DNA of 64,000 nt from Candidatus Aenigmatarchaeota archaeon (GTDB lineage: Archaea; Aenigmatarchaeota; Aenigmatarchaeia; GW2011-AR5), in the NCBI GenBank assembly GCA_016198685.1, contig JACQID010000006.1:115388-179387 (forward strand), read 5' to 3'. Of this stretch, positions 50,334-60,453 are shown in pieces (position 1 is the first letter of the stretch; every line of letters starts with the position of its first letter). The notes beneath the pieces are model-generated. The model had not been told where the DNA came from. It saw only the letters and a list, made by a program, of their open reading frames with translations, and made no database searches. A program made the position numbers and the translations under genes.

Positions 50334-51487
50334 ACGGAAGGATAGTCGATCCTGTAACCGGCGTTCAGGAAGCTTACATAGGCATAAATGGAGGAATAAT
50401 CCGGAAGGTTTCAGGCAAGGAATTGCGTTCTCCTGACATTACCACGATATTGCAGGATCATTATATTTTTCCGGCATTCATAGACCCGCACGTTCATTTG
50501 CGCGAGCCCGGATGGGAGCACAAGGAAGATTTTCTTACAGGCAGCGAGGCTGCGCTCAATGGAGGAGTTCATACGGTGCTTGACATGCCCAACCTTCCCG
50601 AACCGGTGACAACGCCTGAAAGATTGCTGAAGAAAATCACGCTTTCCCGGAAAGCGAAAGTGGACGTGCGCCACTTCGCAGGGATTGGCAAGCTTGATCT
50701 TATACGGGAAAACGCAAGGCTTGCCATAGGATACAAAATTTACACTGCCAAAAGCACAGGCGGCATGATGCTTGACTGGGAAAATGCCGAGAAAGCATGC
50801 CGCTTGATTGCGGCCACAGGCAAGCCTGTGACATTTCACTGCGAGGACGAGATGCTTTTTACCCAAAATGAATTTCATGGCGATGCGCGGCCCCCTGAAT
50901 CCGAGGTTTCCGCGATAGTGAAAGCGGCTGATTTGATAAGAAAAACCCACATAAACGGAAATATAGCTCATGTATCGACAAAAGAAGGGCTGGCGGCTGC
51001 TAGGGAACACCAGCTTATGCATGAGATAACGCCTCATCATCTCTATTTCAACAGGGAAAGCGCAGCAGGCCCGTTGTTTAAAGTGAATCCGCCTTTGCGT
51101 AGCCGGGCTGACAATGCAGCTTTACTGGATTCTGTACGTCATGGAGAATGCATGCTGGCAACAGATCATGCGCCTCATACTATTGCAGAGAAACTTTCAT
51201 CCAATCCGCCCTCAGGGATGCCGGGATTGGATACTTACGGCAATTTTGTTCTATGGCTGCTGCGAGCAAAATATGTCAGCCCGTCTGCTGTTGCCAAGAT
51301 AACGAGCTATAATGCCTCTAAATTTTTCAGCATAGCCGGCGGGCGCATAGCAGAAGGTTTTCCTGCAAAGTTCACTGTTCTTGGAACAGAAGGCGAAAGT
51401 ATCATAAGAAATGCAGACATGAAGACGAAATGCGGCTGGACTCCGTTTGATGGAGTCACGTTCCCTGGAAAAATAATACGCCTTTAG
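50312..51487 (+). CDS. pyrC: Dihydroorotase
   Basis: DPHVHLREPG, DMPN, FHCED, AHVST, HEITPHH, KVNPPLR, TDHAPH, GWTPFDG. Confidence 0.94.
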   Translation: MEYDRVIHGRIVDPVTGVQEAYIGINGGIIRKVSGKELRSPDITTILQDHYIFPAFIDPHVHLREPGWEHKEDFLTGSEAALNGGVHTVLDMPNLPEPVTTPERLLKKITLSRKAKVDVRHFAGIGKLDLIRENARLAIGYKIYTAKSTGGMMLDWENAEKACRLIAATGKPVTFHCEDEMLFTQNEFHGDARPPESEVSAIVKAADLIRKTHINGNIAHVSTKEGLAAAREHQLMHEITPHHLYFNRESAAGPLFKVNPPLRSRADNAALLDSVRHGECMLATDHAPHTIAEKLSSNPPSGMPGLDTYGNFVLWLLRAKYVSPSAVAKITSYNASKFFSIAGGRIAEGFPAKFTVLGTEGESIIRNADMKTKCGWTPFDGVTFPGKIIRL

Positions 51488-51639
51488 CCGAATTTTCCAA
51501 GGATGGTATCCAATTCATCCAGTACTATAACAAGAATGAGTGCCAGTATGTTGAAAGGCACGTTATGCACAGCAACAACGTATAAATATACAAGTGTGCC
51601 TGTAGGGAGATTTTTCACAAAACCCGAAATGATGCCCAT
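51484..51639 (-). CDS. Small membrane protein (51 aa)
   Basis: MGIISGFVKNLPTGTLVYLYVVAVHNVPFNILALILVIVLDELDTILGKFG; fills an intergenic gap. Confidence 0.4.
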   Translation of the reverse strand: MGIISGFVKNLPTGTLVYLYVVAVHNVPFNILALILVIVLDELDTILGKFG

Positions 51640-51698
51640 TATATCACATTGATATATGCAAGTGTCTTTAAATTTTATTGAAGAGAGTAAAAAATGAC

Positions 51699-52430
51699 TT
51701 ATTTGGACAGCATTTCTATCAATTCTTCTGCGTATATATGCGAAAGATCCGGAATAACCAATGTAGCTCCTGCGGTCTTTACGGCATCTTCAGTTGTATA
51801 TGCATTGGGGACTGCAATTCTTATTCTATAGCCTGCGTGGGTCGCGTCTCTGATTCCTGACGGAGAGTCGTCTATGGCAGCAGCCTTTGAAGGGTCTATT
51901 TGTGCCCATCGTGCAGCTGCAGCATACTTATTTTCAGTTGTTCCATGGACTGACATGACATGACGAAGCTGATTCCATAACTCAATTCCCGGATACTTGA
52001 GAATGCGTTGAACAATGTCATGGTCTTGACTTGATGCAGCACCTACAAAAATTTTGTTCCCATATCGGGCAGACAATTCCCTTACAAAATCTGCATTTCT
52101 AAAGTTAGGGGATAACTGCCCGTAAAGGAATTTTTCTATTTCCATTTTTCGCTGTTCTTCAATAAGTTGATTTATTTCTACTTGGGTGAGTTGTTCTCCT
52201 CTATGATCGCCAATAATTTTCGCAAGCGTTCCTATACGTTCATCCCTGGATATGCCGACCTCGTTTATCACGGTTTGAGCGTAGCCTTCTGGAACATAGC
52301 CAACCCAATGCATGGCAAGGTCACCATAAGTCGTATTTTTCAATCCTTCAGCGTAGTGATGGACTTCATCAACGTCAGTAACAACGGAGAGTCCTTCCGG
52401 AACATATAACGCAGCAGCCATTATATCCAT
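51699..52430 (-). CDS. HAD-superfamily phosphatase (beta-PGM/CbbY-like)
   Basis: TDVDE motif I, ASS, K, IDDSPSGI..A..AG. Confidence 0.75.
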   Translation of the reverse strand: MDIMAAALYVPEGLSVVTDVDEVHHYAEGLKNTTYGDLAMHWVGYVPEGYAQTVINEVGISRDERIGTLAKIIGDHRGEQLTQVEINQLIEEQRKMEIEKFLYGQLSPNFRNADFVRELSARYGNKIFVGAASSQDHDIVQRILKYPGIELWNQLRHVMSVHGTTENKYAAAARWAQIDPSKAAAIDDSPSGIRDATHAGYRIRIAVPNAYTTEDAVKTAGATLVIPDLSHIYAEELIEMLSK

Positions 52431-53323
52431 CTATTGTGCATTTTACGATATTCATGGAGCGGTATGCTGCGCCTGTCAACGAAGCCGTTTTCTATCGGGG
52501 CAAATGCTTCGGATAAAAGAAGTTCGTCTGGGCTTATGCCCACAAGCTTGCCTTTCTGCATCGTATAGATTTCGGAAGTCAATCTATTATTGTCCAAGCC
52601 TACAAGATAGATGCCATGGCTATGCGGGACAGCGTCCAGCATTCGTGTATTGGGATTGAATTCATCCTCGCTGTGATGAAGCGATACATCCATATTTTTG
52701 AGTTCATCGCCGCTGAAGTGATATCCATAAACAAGTTGAGCATTATTTTCTGGCAGCCAAAAGAACATTCTCGGATCATCTGCCAGTTGCTTGCCCTCGA
52801 CAGTTACCGGCGAGAGAAGCCCTTCTGGCATATATTGAGATGTTGGGCTGCCCTGCAATCTGTAGTCATGGCTCTTGATTGTATCGGCAAATGGCATTCC
52901 AGTAATTTCACCGCCGAGGAAAATTCTGACAACTTTGCCGTCAGGAGTCACAGGAAGAACTTCTTCAGATAGTTCTTCTTTTGCCACATTCAAAGGATTC
53001 TGCAGATGCATCTTGGGAATATAGCCTGAAACGAGCTTCAAGACATTATCTCCAGACGGCCTTTGTTGGCGGACAAGCATAAGATAGGCATCTCGGCCTA
53101 TGGCTATTGTAGTTATGACTGAAATACCCGGATACACCGGATTATTTTGGCCTGTCGTTGATGGGCGGCTAACGGGGGTTCTTCTCGATCTCATCTCCTG
53201 AAAATCAAGAGTTTCGTCAACATGCGTAAGATTTACACGATATTCTTCCCTATCCGCAAAGTATCCTGCAAATGTTCCGTCTGGGCGTTTGCTGCCAAGA
53301 GGATTTGGAAGTTCGTAGGTCAT
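52421..53323 (-). CDS. Nudix-like hypothetical protein
   Basis: LVRQ.R...VLKLVSGY....L..A.EELSEE resembles a divergent Nudix box; also LLLSEAF. Confidence 0.6.
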   Translation of the reverse strand: MTYELPNPLGSKRPDGTFAGYFADREEYRVNLTHVDETLDFQEMRSRRTPVSRPSTTGQNNPVYPGISVITTIAIGRDAYLMLVRQQRPSGDNVLKLVSGYIPKMHLQNPLNVAKEELSEEVLPVTPDGKVVRIFLGGEITGMPFADTIKSHDYRLQGSPTSQYMPEGLLSPVTVEGKQLADDPRMFFWLPENNAQLVYGYHFSGDELKNMDVSLHHSEDEFNPNTRMLDAVPHSHGIYLVGLDNNRLTSEIYTMQKGKLVGISPDELLLSEAFAPIENGFVDRRSIPLHEYRKMHNRWI

Positions 53324-53353
53324 AAAAAGTATATTTTCAGAAGCTTTTTATTC

Positions 53354-55648
53354 CTAACCAAATCTTTTGAGCCCGTTAGCAAGAAGCTCTTGCTGCTTGT
53401 AGCCAAGCGTTTGTAGAATGCGGAACGCCGCTGGCAAGATTTGATTATTGATGTAATAATCGGCATCATAGTCATCCTTACCCGTCTTGTATGCAAGCTC
53501 TGCACGGTCTGATATGGAGCCTGCGCCCTTCTTTATAACATAGCTGAATATCGTGCCTTCTGCGGCAGCTTTTCCTTCCTCGTTAAGTTTTCGCGCGATC
53601 ACGGAATGTATATTTTTGGTTTTGTACTGGCCGGCCGAGCGGGAGAGTTGCGTGCTTATTGCTATCTCATCAATGTCGACTTGCCGGTTCTTTACCTTCT
53701 TGACAGTTGTTCTGACGGCTTCAAGCGCTTCTTTTTCCTTTCCTTCAAGGACCAATCTAATTACTTCGCGCTGGAGGCTCTTTGCAAGATCGCACCAATC
53801 GCGGCGCACGGCTTCGAGACCGCGCAGGGTTATAATTCCTTTCTCATCCATAAGCGCATAGCGCTTCTTGGCAGTGTAGCCTTCAAGTTTTTGCGGGATA
53901 AACATGCCTTTGATGTAGAATCCTTGCAGATCCAGTTCCATTATTCCAGGGAGGCTTGCATTTATTTTTTTCAGAAAATCTTTGGCGCTTTTTTTGATGT
54001 CTTTTTCGTCAGCCAGCTTGACAAAAAGGGAGTCCGTGTCGGCGTAAATGACCAAGAACCCGTATTTTTCCGCTTCATCTATTGCCTGTTTTATGTAATG
54101 CCTGCCATAAGCAGCCGAGGATTCAGCGCACTCGTAACTGTACCATCTGGCTTTAGGATTAATGAACATGCCGTAGGTTGCATTCGCCAGTATCTTTAGA
54201 CTGAACTGTTGTTCGTCCAGTTCTTTTCTATTCTTGGCATTCTTTATCTTCTTCCTTATCTTGCCTCTTTCCTCCAGTATGCTTTCCACCATTTCAGAAA
54301 CGAACCCTTTCTTGTCGGCGCAAAACTTATAACGGAATCCGGGCACGTGATTGTATTTCTTGCATTTGATGTTCAGCATCTCTGGTGATATATTGAACGT
54401 GACTATGACGCTAGGATACAAGGAGCGGAAATCGAACACTCCTATGTTCGAGTGAAGCCCTTTCATAGGCTCCTTCACATAGCCGCCTTTTATCGGAACT
54501 TTCGCCCGCCTTCTTTGTATTTCAGCATAGTGGGCAGGGTTCGGGGAAATCATGTTCCTTTCCGCCGCCTTACGGATAAGATACCATTCGGACAAGGCGC
54601 CAAAAGTCATGCGTGAGCAATCGAAAGGCAATTGGCCTGAAACTCTCGATAACGTGAATATTTGCGTGAGAAGATTCTTACATAAGTCAAGCGTGAGCAG
54701 GGAATCGTTCATGCAGTAATCTTCCATCAATTTCCTCTTGTTTTTCCACATGTTTGCCAGCTCTTCCAAGGAAATGGACTCCTTGCCTCGGCCAAGAATT
54801 TCTCGTGAAACTTCGTCAAGCGTGAATACTTCAGACTGTAATTGCTGAAACATCAGGCGGCTGACAAATGCAAAAAGATCAATATGTATGCGCCCTTTTA
54901 TCTTGGCCGATGATGTCCACATGCTTTTTCTGAAATACAGAGAGCTGCCATCTCGCGAGAGCATTAGTTTTATCTTATTTGCCTGAGATCTTTGATTGAG
55001 GATGTCGAAATCAAACAAGTCTCCGTTGTAGGTGGCCACTATGTCCGGATCGCGCTCCAAAAATGTCCTACTTATTTTTTCGAGCACAGCCTTTTCATCT
55101 TCGGATGAAAAGACTTCTCTGTAGCCTATGTTATCCGCGGCGCTGAACATCACTATTCTGCCGTCTATGACTTCGATATCCAGTGCCATAATCTTGGGCT
55201 GCCCAAGGATCCCGTTCTTCGTTTTCTTGATACGTTCAGCTTCGATAACCGTTGCGAAGCCTTCCCCTTTGCGTGACGGACCCTTGATGTCCAGCCATTC
55301 AAGAGGATAGATTCCCTTGTCGATCAGGTAGCGTTTGTAAAGATTCAAAGAATATTCAAAACATTCGGTCCTGTCTTTTATCATCTCTCTTACTTCTGCC
55401 GGACGCTCGCAGTAAATCTTATAGAAAGACTTTTCCCTTCCGTTAATGATTTTTTTTGTCAGCTCGGTTCGTTTTATTTCTTTTATTTTTTCCAGTTCCG
55501 CCTTGAGACCCTTCTTGCAAAAGGCATAGAAATATGGCTCTATACTGTCCAGAACCATTACGGAATTTCCTTTGTCGTCTGTACCAAAAAGACGGACGTT
55601 TGGCTTCTCACTTGACGAATAATCTGCATCGAAAAGGCAAAACTTCAT
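53354..55648 (-). CDS. polB: Family B DNA polymerase
   Basis: DIE, YNGDLFD, YCMND exonuclease motifs; DFRSLYPS, KILANATYG, YADTDS, KKRY polymerase motifs. Confidence 0.95.
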   Translation of the reverse strand: MKFCLFDADYSSSEKPNVRLFGTDDKGNSVMVLDSIEPYFYAFCKKGLKAELEKIKEIKRTELTKKIINGREKSFYKIYCERPAEVREMIKDRTECFEYSLNLYKRYLIDKGIYPLEWLDIKGPSRKGEGFATVIEAERIKKTKNGILGQPKIMALDIEVIDGRIVMFSAADNIGYREVFSSEDEKAVLEKISRTFLERDPDIVATYNGDLFDFDILNQRSQANKIKLMLSRDGSSLYFRKSMWTSSAKIKGRIHIDLFAFVSRLMFQQLQSEVFTLDEVSREILGRGKESISLEELANMWKNKRKLMEDYCMNDSLLTLDLCKNLLTQIFTLSRVSGQLPFDCSRMTFGALSEWYLIRKAAERNMISPNPAHYAEIQRRRAKVPIKGGYVKEPMKGLHSNIGVFDFRSLYPSVIVTFNISPEMLNIKCKKYNHVPGFRYKFCADKKGFVSEMVESILEERGKIRKKIKNAKNRKELDEQQFSLKILANATYGMFINPKARWYSYECAESSAAYGRHYIKQAIDEAEKYGFLVIYADTDSLFVKLADEKDIKKSAKDFLKKINASLPGIMELDLQGFYIKGMFIPQKLEGYTAKKRYALMDEKGIITLRGLEAVRRDWCDLAKSLQREVIRLVLEGKEKEALEAVRTTVKKVKNRQVDIDEIAISTQLSRSAGQYKTKNIHSVIARKLNEEGKAAAEGTIFSYVIKKGAGSISDRAELAYKTGKDDYDADYYINNQILPAAFRILQTLGYKQQELLANGLKRFG

Positions 55649-55678
55649 GATTATGTTTCGTTTAGGATGGTAAAAAGG

Positions 55679-58447
55679 TTAGCGCCAGTATTTACTTGTT
55701 CTTACGAACGTTTTTTCTGCTTCGAGCACATCCTTGTATAAACCGCTTCGTTTGACATGAAGCCTTGCGAGTATGCGTGCTGCTGTTTCCGGCCCAACGC
55801 CGCGGCCGGCCATAGCTTCAACTGCCTTCTTTCCGTAAACTATCACGAGGTCGGCCGTGCGGCGTAGGCGGGCGAACTCCTTCATTTCCTCCTCTGTCAT
55901 TTCTTTTCGTGTCTTCTTTTTCTTAATCAGTGCCTGCGCATCGGTGTTGTTCTTATGAGTCACGGCGATCAAATGCGCCCCGCATTTTGGGCATTCAGGC
56001 TGTTTTTCCACGTCTCTTACAGACGTTTCTATGGAATAATCATAGCAATTCATGCACAGAAGCCTTACTCGGGTTCCAAGAAGCCTGCGCTTGAAGATTT
56101 TTTCTATTTCTTCTGCAGGGAGTGCGGGCTTCATTATTTCCGAGAACTGATGAACAAGGCCCAGCTCCCCGAGATGCGACAGCCCTTCGCGCAGGACAAG
56201 CTTGATGCGTCCCTCTTGAATCGCGAGTATCTGGCGCTCTGCTCCTGCGATATCCATCTTCTCGAGGAAAAGCTCATTCATGGCCTCTTTGTATATGGGG
56301 GATTCTGCATATGCCGCTATGAGTTTATTGAGATGTATGCGCTGGAAATCGGCGCGCTTGGTTACTGCCCCGAAACGTTTGGCGACATGCAGGAAGCGCC
56401 ACTTGAACATCGAGCTTCGTTCCAGCTCGCTGCGCAGGACAGGTTCTATCTCAACCGCTTTTTCAAGCAATTGTTTGACCTTCTCTTTTGTCCATGCCGC
56501 TTGAAGCATTATGCGGTAAGGGTCTGTCTTGATATTAACAGATATTCCGGTTTCTCTGCTTATTGTCGCTGCAAGATAGCGGCCTATCGTGTCGTTGATG
56601 AGAGAGCCGGATGCAGAGTGTATGATGACAAAGTCCTTGTAGCTTTCTATGAGGAAGTTCTCGTGGTCAGGCACGAAATCCTGCCTGGATATTATTTCCT
56701 TCATCTTCTTTGCTGCCTCGTAGTCGGTTCTGCATTTCTTCATGATTTCATTCTCATCATGCGACTTGACAAAAGAACGCAATCGACCGACATCCTGCGC
56801 AACTTCGAAAGGCACGGGGATAAGTTCGCCTTCCCATGCAGGAATGGCGCTTTCTATGTCCTGTATCGGCTCCACTACAACCCGGTCTTTTTCCACCTGC
56901 ACGACTTTCCACGCCCGGCCTGAACATATGAATTTCTCTCCGGGAAGCCCGTGTTCCGCTACGAATTCCTCATCCAACGAACCTATGGGTTCGTTGCCGA
57001 TGATTGAAACTACCCGGTATTGCCTTGTGTCCGGAATCGTTGAAAGATTTGTAAAATAGTAATTCCATGCCTTCATTCTTCTTTTTATTACAAGGTCCGC
57101 AGGCGTTTCGTTTATCCATATCATCCTGAGGCTTTCCATGAAACGGACAACTTCTGTGAATTCTCTTTCAGTGAGATTCCTGTAAGGATAACTTCTTTTT
57201 ACTAGGGAATACATCTTGGACAGAGGCGTTTCATATTCGTCCATTGTCATGCCGATTATCTGGTTGCCGAGTACGTCCAGCGCCATCTCATGAAGCTTTA
57301 TCCCTTCGAGCCTTTTTTCTGCGGCAAATTTGCCTACTATGGCAGATTCAAAAAGATCCTCATCGCCGGACATTATGATGCCCTTGCTTATGCGATTTAT
57401 GTTATGCCCGCTTCTGCCTACACGTTGGATAAGGCGTGCTACTTGACGAGGCGACATATACTGGACTACCAGATCAACTGCACCGATGTCTATGCCGAGC
57501 TCAAGCGAGGAAGTCGCAATGAGGCTTTTCAGTTCTTCCTTCTTGAATGCGATTTCGCTTTTTATTCTGCTTTCCTTGGAGAGCGAGCCGTGGTGCACAG
57601 CGTGCTTGAGTTCCTTGTCAAGGGTAGCGAGCCTTGACGAAAGTACCTCGGCGGTTTCCCTTGTATTTGTGAATATGATGACGCTCTTGTGGGACGTTAT
57701 AAGTTCCCGCAGCCTTCTTAAGCGCGCTGTAGTTTCGGGTCCTATAGCAAGCTCCTCAGATAATTCCATGTCCTCTTTTTTTGGATTTGCGAATTCAACG
57801 CTTATGTCATATTGTTTGTCGGCATCGGCCCGAATTATGATCGTTTTGGGCCCTATAAACTCCGCCACAAGTTCGGGGGAACCTATAGTTGCAGAGAGCC
57901 CTATTCTCTGGAACCCGGAAGAAAGTTCCCGTAATCTTTCCAAGCCTAATGCAAGTTGGATTCCTCGTTTGCTCCCGACGAGTTCGTGTATTTCATCAAT
58001 AACGACATAACGTACATTTTTCATATGTTCTCGGAATTTTTTTCCAGTAAGCACGGCCTGGAGCGACTCGGGAGTGGTTATCAAAATTTTTGGGGGCATA
58101 TCGCGTTGTGACGTCCTTTCCCTTGCAGGCGTGTCTCCATGCCGGACTGCTATTTCAACGTCCAGCTTGTCTCCCCATGAAAATAACCTGTCAAGAAGGT
58201 CTCGATTGAGGCTTCTCAATGGCGTTATGTAAAGAGCTGCAACAGGCGGCAGCTCCTTCTGGCTTATCATGTCAAGAAGAGGCAGAAATACCGTCTCGGT
58301 TTTGCCCATGCCGGTCGGGCTGATTATAAGGACATCGCTTCCTTTCAATATTTCAGGTATCCCCATCTTCTGGGGCAGCGTAGGCTCAATGAAACCTTTC
58401 TCTTTGATGAGTTTCTGCATCTTTGCGGAAAATAAGTTGAAGGGCAT
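55679..58447 (-). CDS. lhr: Lhr-family SF2 helicase
   Basis: PTGMGKT, TTPESL, DEIH, LSAT, HHGSLS, SLELGIDIG, QRVGRSGH, IPAWEGE, C-terminal Zn finger. Confidence 0.93.
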   Translation of the reverse strand: MPFNLFSAKMQKLIKEKGFIEPTLPQKMGIPEILKGSDVLIISPTGMGKTETVFLPLLDMISQKELPPVAALYITPLRSLNRDLLDRLFSWGDKLDVEIAVRHGDTPARERTSQRDMPPKILITTPESLQAVLTGKKFREHMKNVRYVVIDEIHELVGSKRGIQLALGLERLRELSSGFQRIGLSATIGSPELVAEFIGPKTIIIRADADKQYDISVEFANPKKEDMELSEELAIGPETTARLRRLRELITSHKSVIIFTNTRETAEVLSSRLATLDKELKHAVHHGSLSKESRIKSEIAFKKEELKSLIATSSLELGIDIGAVDLVVQYMSPRQVARLIQRVGRSGHNINRISKGIIMSGDEDLFESAIVGKFAAEKRLEGIKLHEMALDVLGNQIIGMTMDEYETPLSKMYSLVKRSYPYRNLTEREFTEVVRFMESLRMIWINETPADLVIKRRMKAWNYYFTNLSTIPDTRQYRVVSIIGNEPIGSLDEEFVAEHGLPGEKFICSGRAWKVVQVEKDRVVVEPIQDIESAIPAWEGELIPVPFEVAQDVGRLRSFVKSHDENEIMKKCRTDYEAAKKMKEIISRQDFVPDHENFLIESYKDFVIIHSASGSLINDTIGRYLAATISRETGISVNIKTDPYRIMLQAAWTKEKVKQLLEKAVEIEPVLRSELERSSMFKWRFLHVAKRFGAVTKRADFQRIHLNKLIAAYAESPIYKEAMNELFLEKMDIAGAERQILAIQEGRIKLVLREGLSHLGELGLVHQFSEIMKPALPAEEIEKIFKRRLLGTRVRLLCMNCYDYSIETSVRDVEKQPECPKCGAHLIAVTHKNNTDAQALIKKKKTRKEMTEEEMKEFARLRRTADLVIVYGKKAVEAMAGRGVGPETAARILARLHVKRSGLYKDVLEAEKTFVRTSKYWR

Positions 58448-58513
58448 AGTAATCTCTGGATATAATATAGGCGATAAAGATTAAAGCGGGACGCGGCAAT
58501 GGCAATAAATGCG

Positions 58514-59215
58514 TTATTTGATCGCCAAATCGCGTATTGGCCCAAGGTCAGTGCCGTCCAAAAGCACGGCTCTTGCATCGTGAATATGCCTTGCTATCGG
58601 ACCCATGAACTGTTTTGTTTCGTTGACCGGCTCCTTGCCCGACAGTTCGTTGAATGCTGGCATTATTATAAGGTCGTGAGTTTTCTCAAGTTTCACTTTG
58701 CCAAGAATCCACGCGGGTTCCACATAAATTGCCCCGAACCGGTCGCGGAATTTCACCCCCGGATGATTATGCCCCATCACTATCGTGCGTTTCTTCGTTG
58801 CAATATTTCGGTGACCATGAGTAAAAATATAATCATCTACGGAGAAAGACTTTTTCACTCTGACACGCTCCTTATCCTCTATGAGCGTTTCTATACGTCC
58901 GTCATGGTTCCCTTTCGTTATGATTATTTTCTCAAAATCAAGCTTCCTCAATATTTCCGGAACCTCGCGCTGTTCGGCATAGGAAATCCATGGAATACTG
59001 TGCTTGAAATCCCCTGCAACTATCAAATTTTTCGTATTGGTCTGTTTTTTTAATTCATTGAGTTTCGCGGAAAGCCTGCTTATTTGTGATGGAAGCGAAA
59101 CGCCGGCCTTGGCAATCTCTCTGCTTATGCCAATGTGAAGATCCGTTATCACGAGATATTCACCGACAAACAATGCCGGCTCGTTATATACGAACATAAA
59201 CCTAAGTTTTTTCAT
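58514..59215 (-). CDS. Calcineurin-like metallophosphoesterase (Lhr-associated)
   Basis: DLHIG, GD.KH, GNHD, HGH, GHNHP, PAFN. Confidence 0.9.
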   Translation of the reverse strand: MKKLRFMFVYNEPALFVGEYLVITDLHIGISREIAKAGVSLPSQISRLSAKLNELKKQTNTKNLIVAGDFKHSIPWISYAEQREVPEILRKLDFEKIIITKGNHDGRIETLIEDKERVRVKKSFSVDDYIFTHGHRNIATKKRTIVMGHNHPGVKFRDRFGAIYVEPAWILGKVKLEKTHDLIIMPAFNELSGKEPVNETKQFMGPIARHIHDARAVLLDGTDLGPIRDLAIK

Positions 59216-59296
59216 TTCATTTAAGCAGTAGAATATTAAATATTTTATTTAATAATCATATAAATCTTTTAATAATAGTGAAAGCGATATAACAGC

Positions 59297-59707
59297 ATGG
59301 GAAAAGCAACTCTCGGCATGGCTGCAGTCTTTTTGATGCTGCCTTTTGCATATGCCCTCCAGCTTGATGTAGGCAGCGTTGAGATAACTCCTGGCGGAAT
59401 TGTGGAAAAAGTAATATCGCAATTCCCGTACGGAGGAATAAAGGGAACTGCCAAGGCCCCTGTCGGAGGCACGGATCTCATACCGGACTCTGTGTGGCTG
59501 CTGCCGGGCAATTATACAATGGAGCAATTCAAGTATATTGAGTTGCTTTCGTTGCCGTCGGCCCTTAACCTCACAGGCAACTGCAAAACTTCCGTTTACT
59601 ACAACGATACCGCCAGCGTGCACGCATACAAAGTAAGCGTCAAAGAAGACGGAAGCTACTGCCTTGCCGCGACAGAAGGGACATACAGGGTAGTGGTGGA
59701 GTATTGA
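59297..59707 (+). CDS. Secreted hypothetical protein
   Basis: N-terminal signal peptide (AYA); beta-rich mature part. Confidence 0.55.
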   Translation: MGKATLGMAAVFLMLPFAYALQLDVGSVEITPGGIVEKVISQFPYGGIKGTAKAPVGGTDLIPDSVWLLPGNYTMEQFKYIELLSLPSALNLTGNCKTSVYYNDTASVHAYKVSVKEDGSYCLAATEGTYRVVVEY

Positions 59708-59847
59708 ACCTCAAAGCCGCGTTTCTTTTGGCCCTACTGGCCCTCGTTTTATTTTATCTGCAGCCCACAGGACATGTAGTATTTGGATCGCATGAATCTG
59801 GCATGGTCACAATAGAAGCCGGGAAAATAATAATCGTTAATTTGTAA
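59704..59847 (+). CDS. Small membrane-anchored protein (47 aa)
   Basis: TTG start overlapping the upstream stop; TM helix followed by TGHVV. Confidence 0.4.
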   Translation: MNLKAAFLLALLALVLFYLQPTGHVVFGSHESGMVTIEAGKIIIVNL

Positions 59848-59849
59848 TT

Positions 59850-60401
59850 TTATGAAAATGTCTTCAGTATATCTGCTCGCGTGATAATGCCTTCTGTATG
59901 ACCCTTGCTTGCTACGAGCAGGCAGGAACTATATTCAAGCATGGCAGTCAGCATACCAACATCTGCATCCGGTCCTATGGTCGGAGGGGCTTCGGACATG
60001 ACGTCATTGACGCTCATGCGGTTCGGATCATTGCCTATGGATGACGCAATATCCTTCTCGCTTATCAATCCTATGACTTTGCCGTTTTCCAGAACCGGAA
60101 GCTGGGAAATACCCCTTCTTTTCATGATTCTTGCCGCATGCGATACCGTTTCAGATGGGGAGATAAAAATTATTTTTTTTGACATAATATCCATGGCATG
60201 GAAAGCGCCTGAGCTTTTCTTTGATGATTCAAGCGCCGAGAATATTTTTTCGGCCTTTGAAAAGGACGGATCGGTTTTGCCAGTTTCAATTCTGGCAATA
60301 AGCGGCTGGCTTATGCCGCTTACTTCAGAAAGCTTCTGCTGCGTCATGCCGAGGCTTTTTCGTATTCTTCGAATGTCCGCCAGCTTAATATTTTTATGCA
60401 T
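59850..60401 (-). CDS. HTH_3 plus CBS-pair transcription regulator
   Basis: RKSLGMTQQ.L...SGISQ.LIARIE.G..DP, then two CBS domains (ISQLPV, GIITRAD). Confidence 0.9.
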   Translation of the reverse strand: MHKNIKLADIRRIRKSLGMTQQKLSEVSGISQPLIARIETGKTDPSFSKAEKIFSALESSKKSSGAFHAMDIMSKKIIFISPSETVSHAARIMKRRGISQLPVLENGKVIGLISEKDIASSIGNDPNRMSVNDVMSEAPPTIGPDADVGMLTAMLEYSSCLLVASKGHTEGIITRADILKTFS

Positions 60402-60405
60402 TTTA

Positions 60406-60442
60406 GCATATTCTTTCTGATAAATATAAATAAAGAATATGC
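60406..60442. promoter_or_regulatory. Inverted repeat GCATATTCTTT-N15-AAAGAATATGC in the divergent promoter
   Basis: 11-bp perfect arms flanking an AT-rich TATA-like core in the 52-bp intergenic region. Confidence 0.65.
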
Positions 60443-60453
60443 CATAAAGACAA

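Noticed and set aside
53354-55648. Inactivated PolB2 or mobile-element polymerase
   Set aside because: Polymerase and exonuclease motifs are intact; no integrase, casposase or terminal repeats nearby
55955-56923. 322-aa plus-strand ORF
   Set aside because: Antisense shadow of lhr; no recognisable motifs
55679-59215. Lhr-metallophosphoesterase pair as a novel system
   Set aside because: This gene association is already well known
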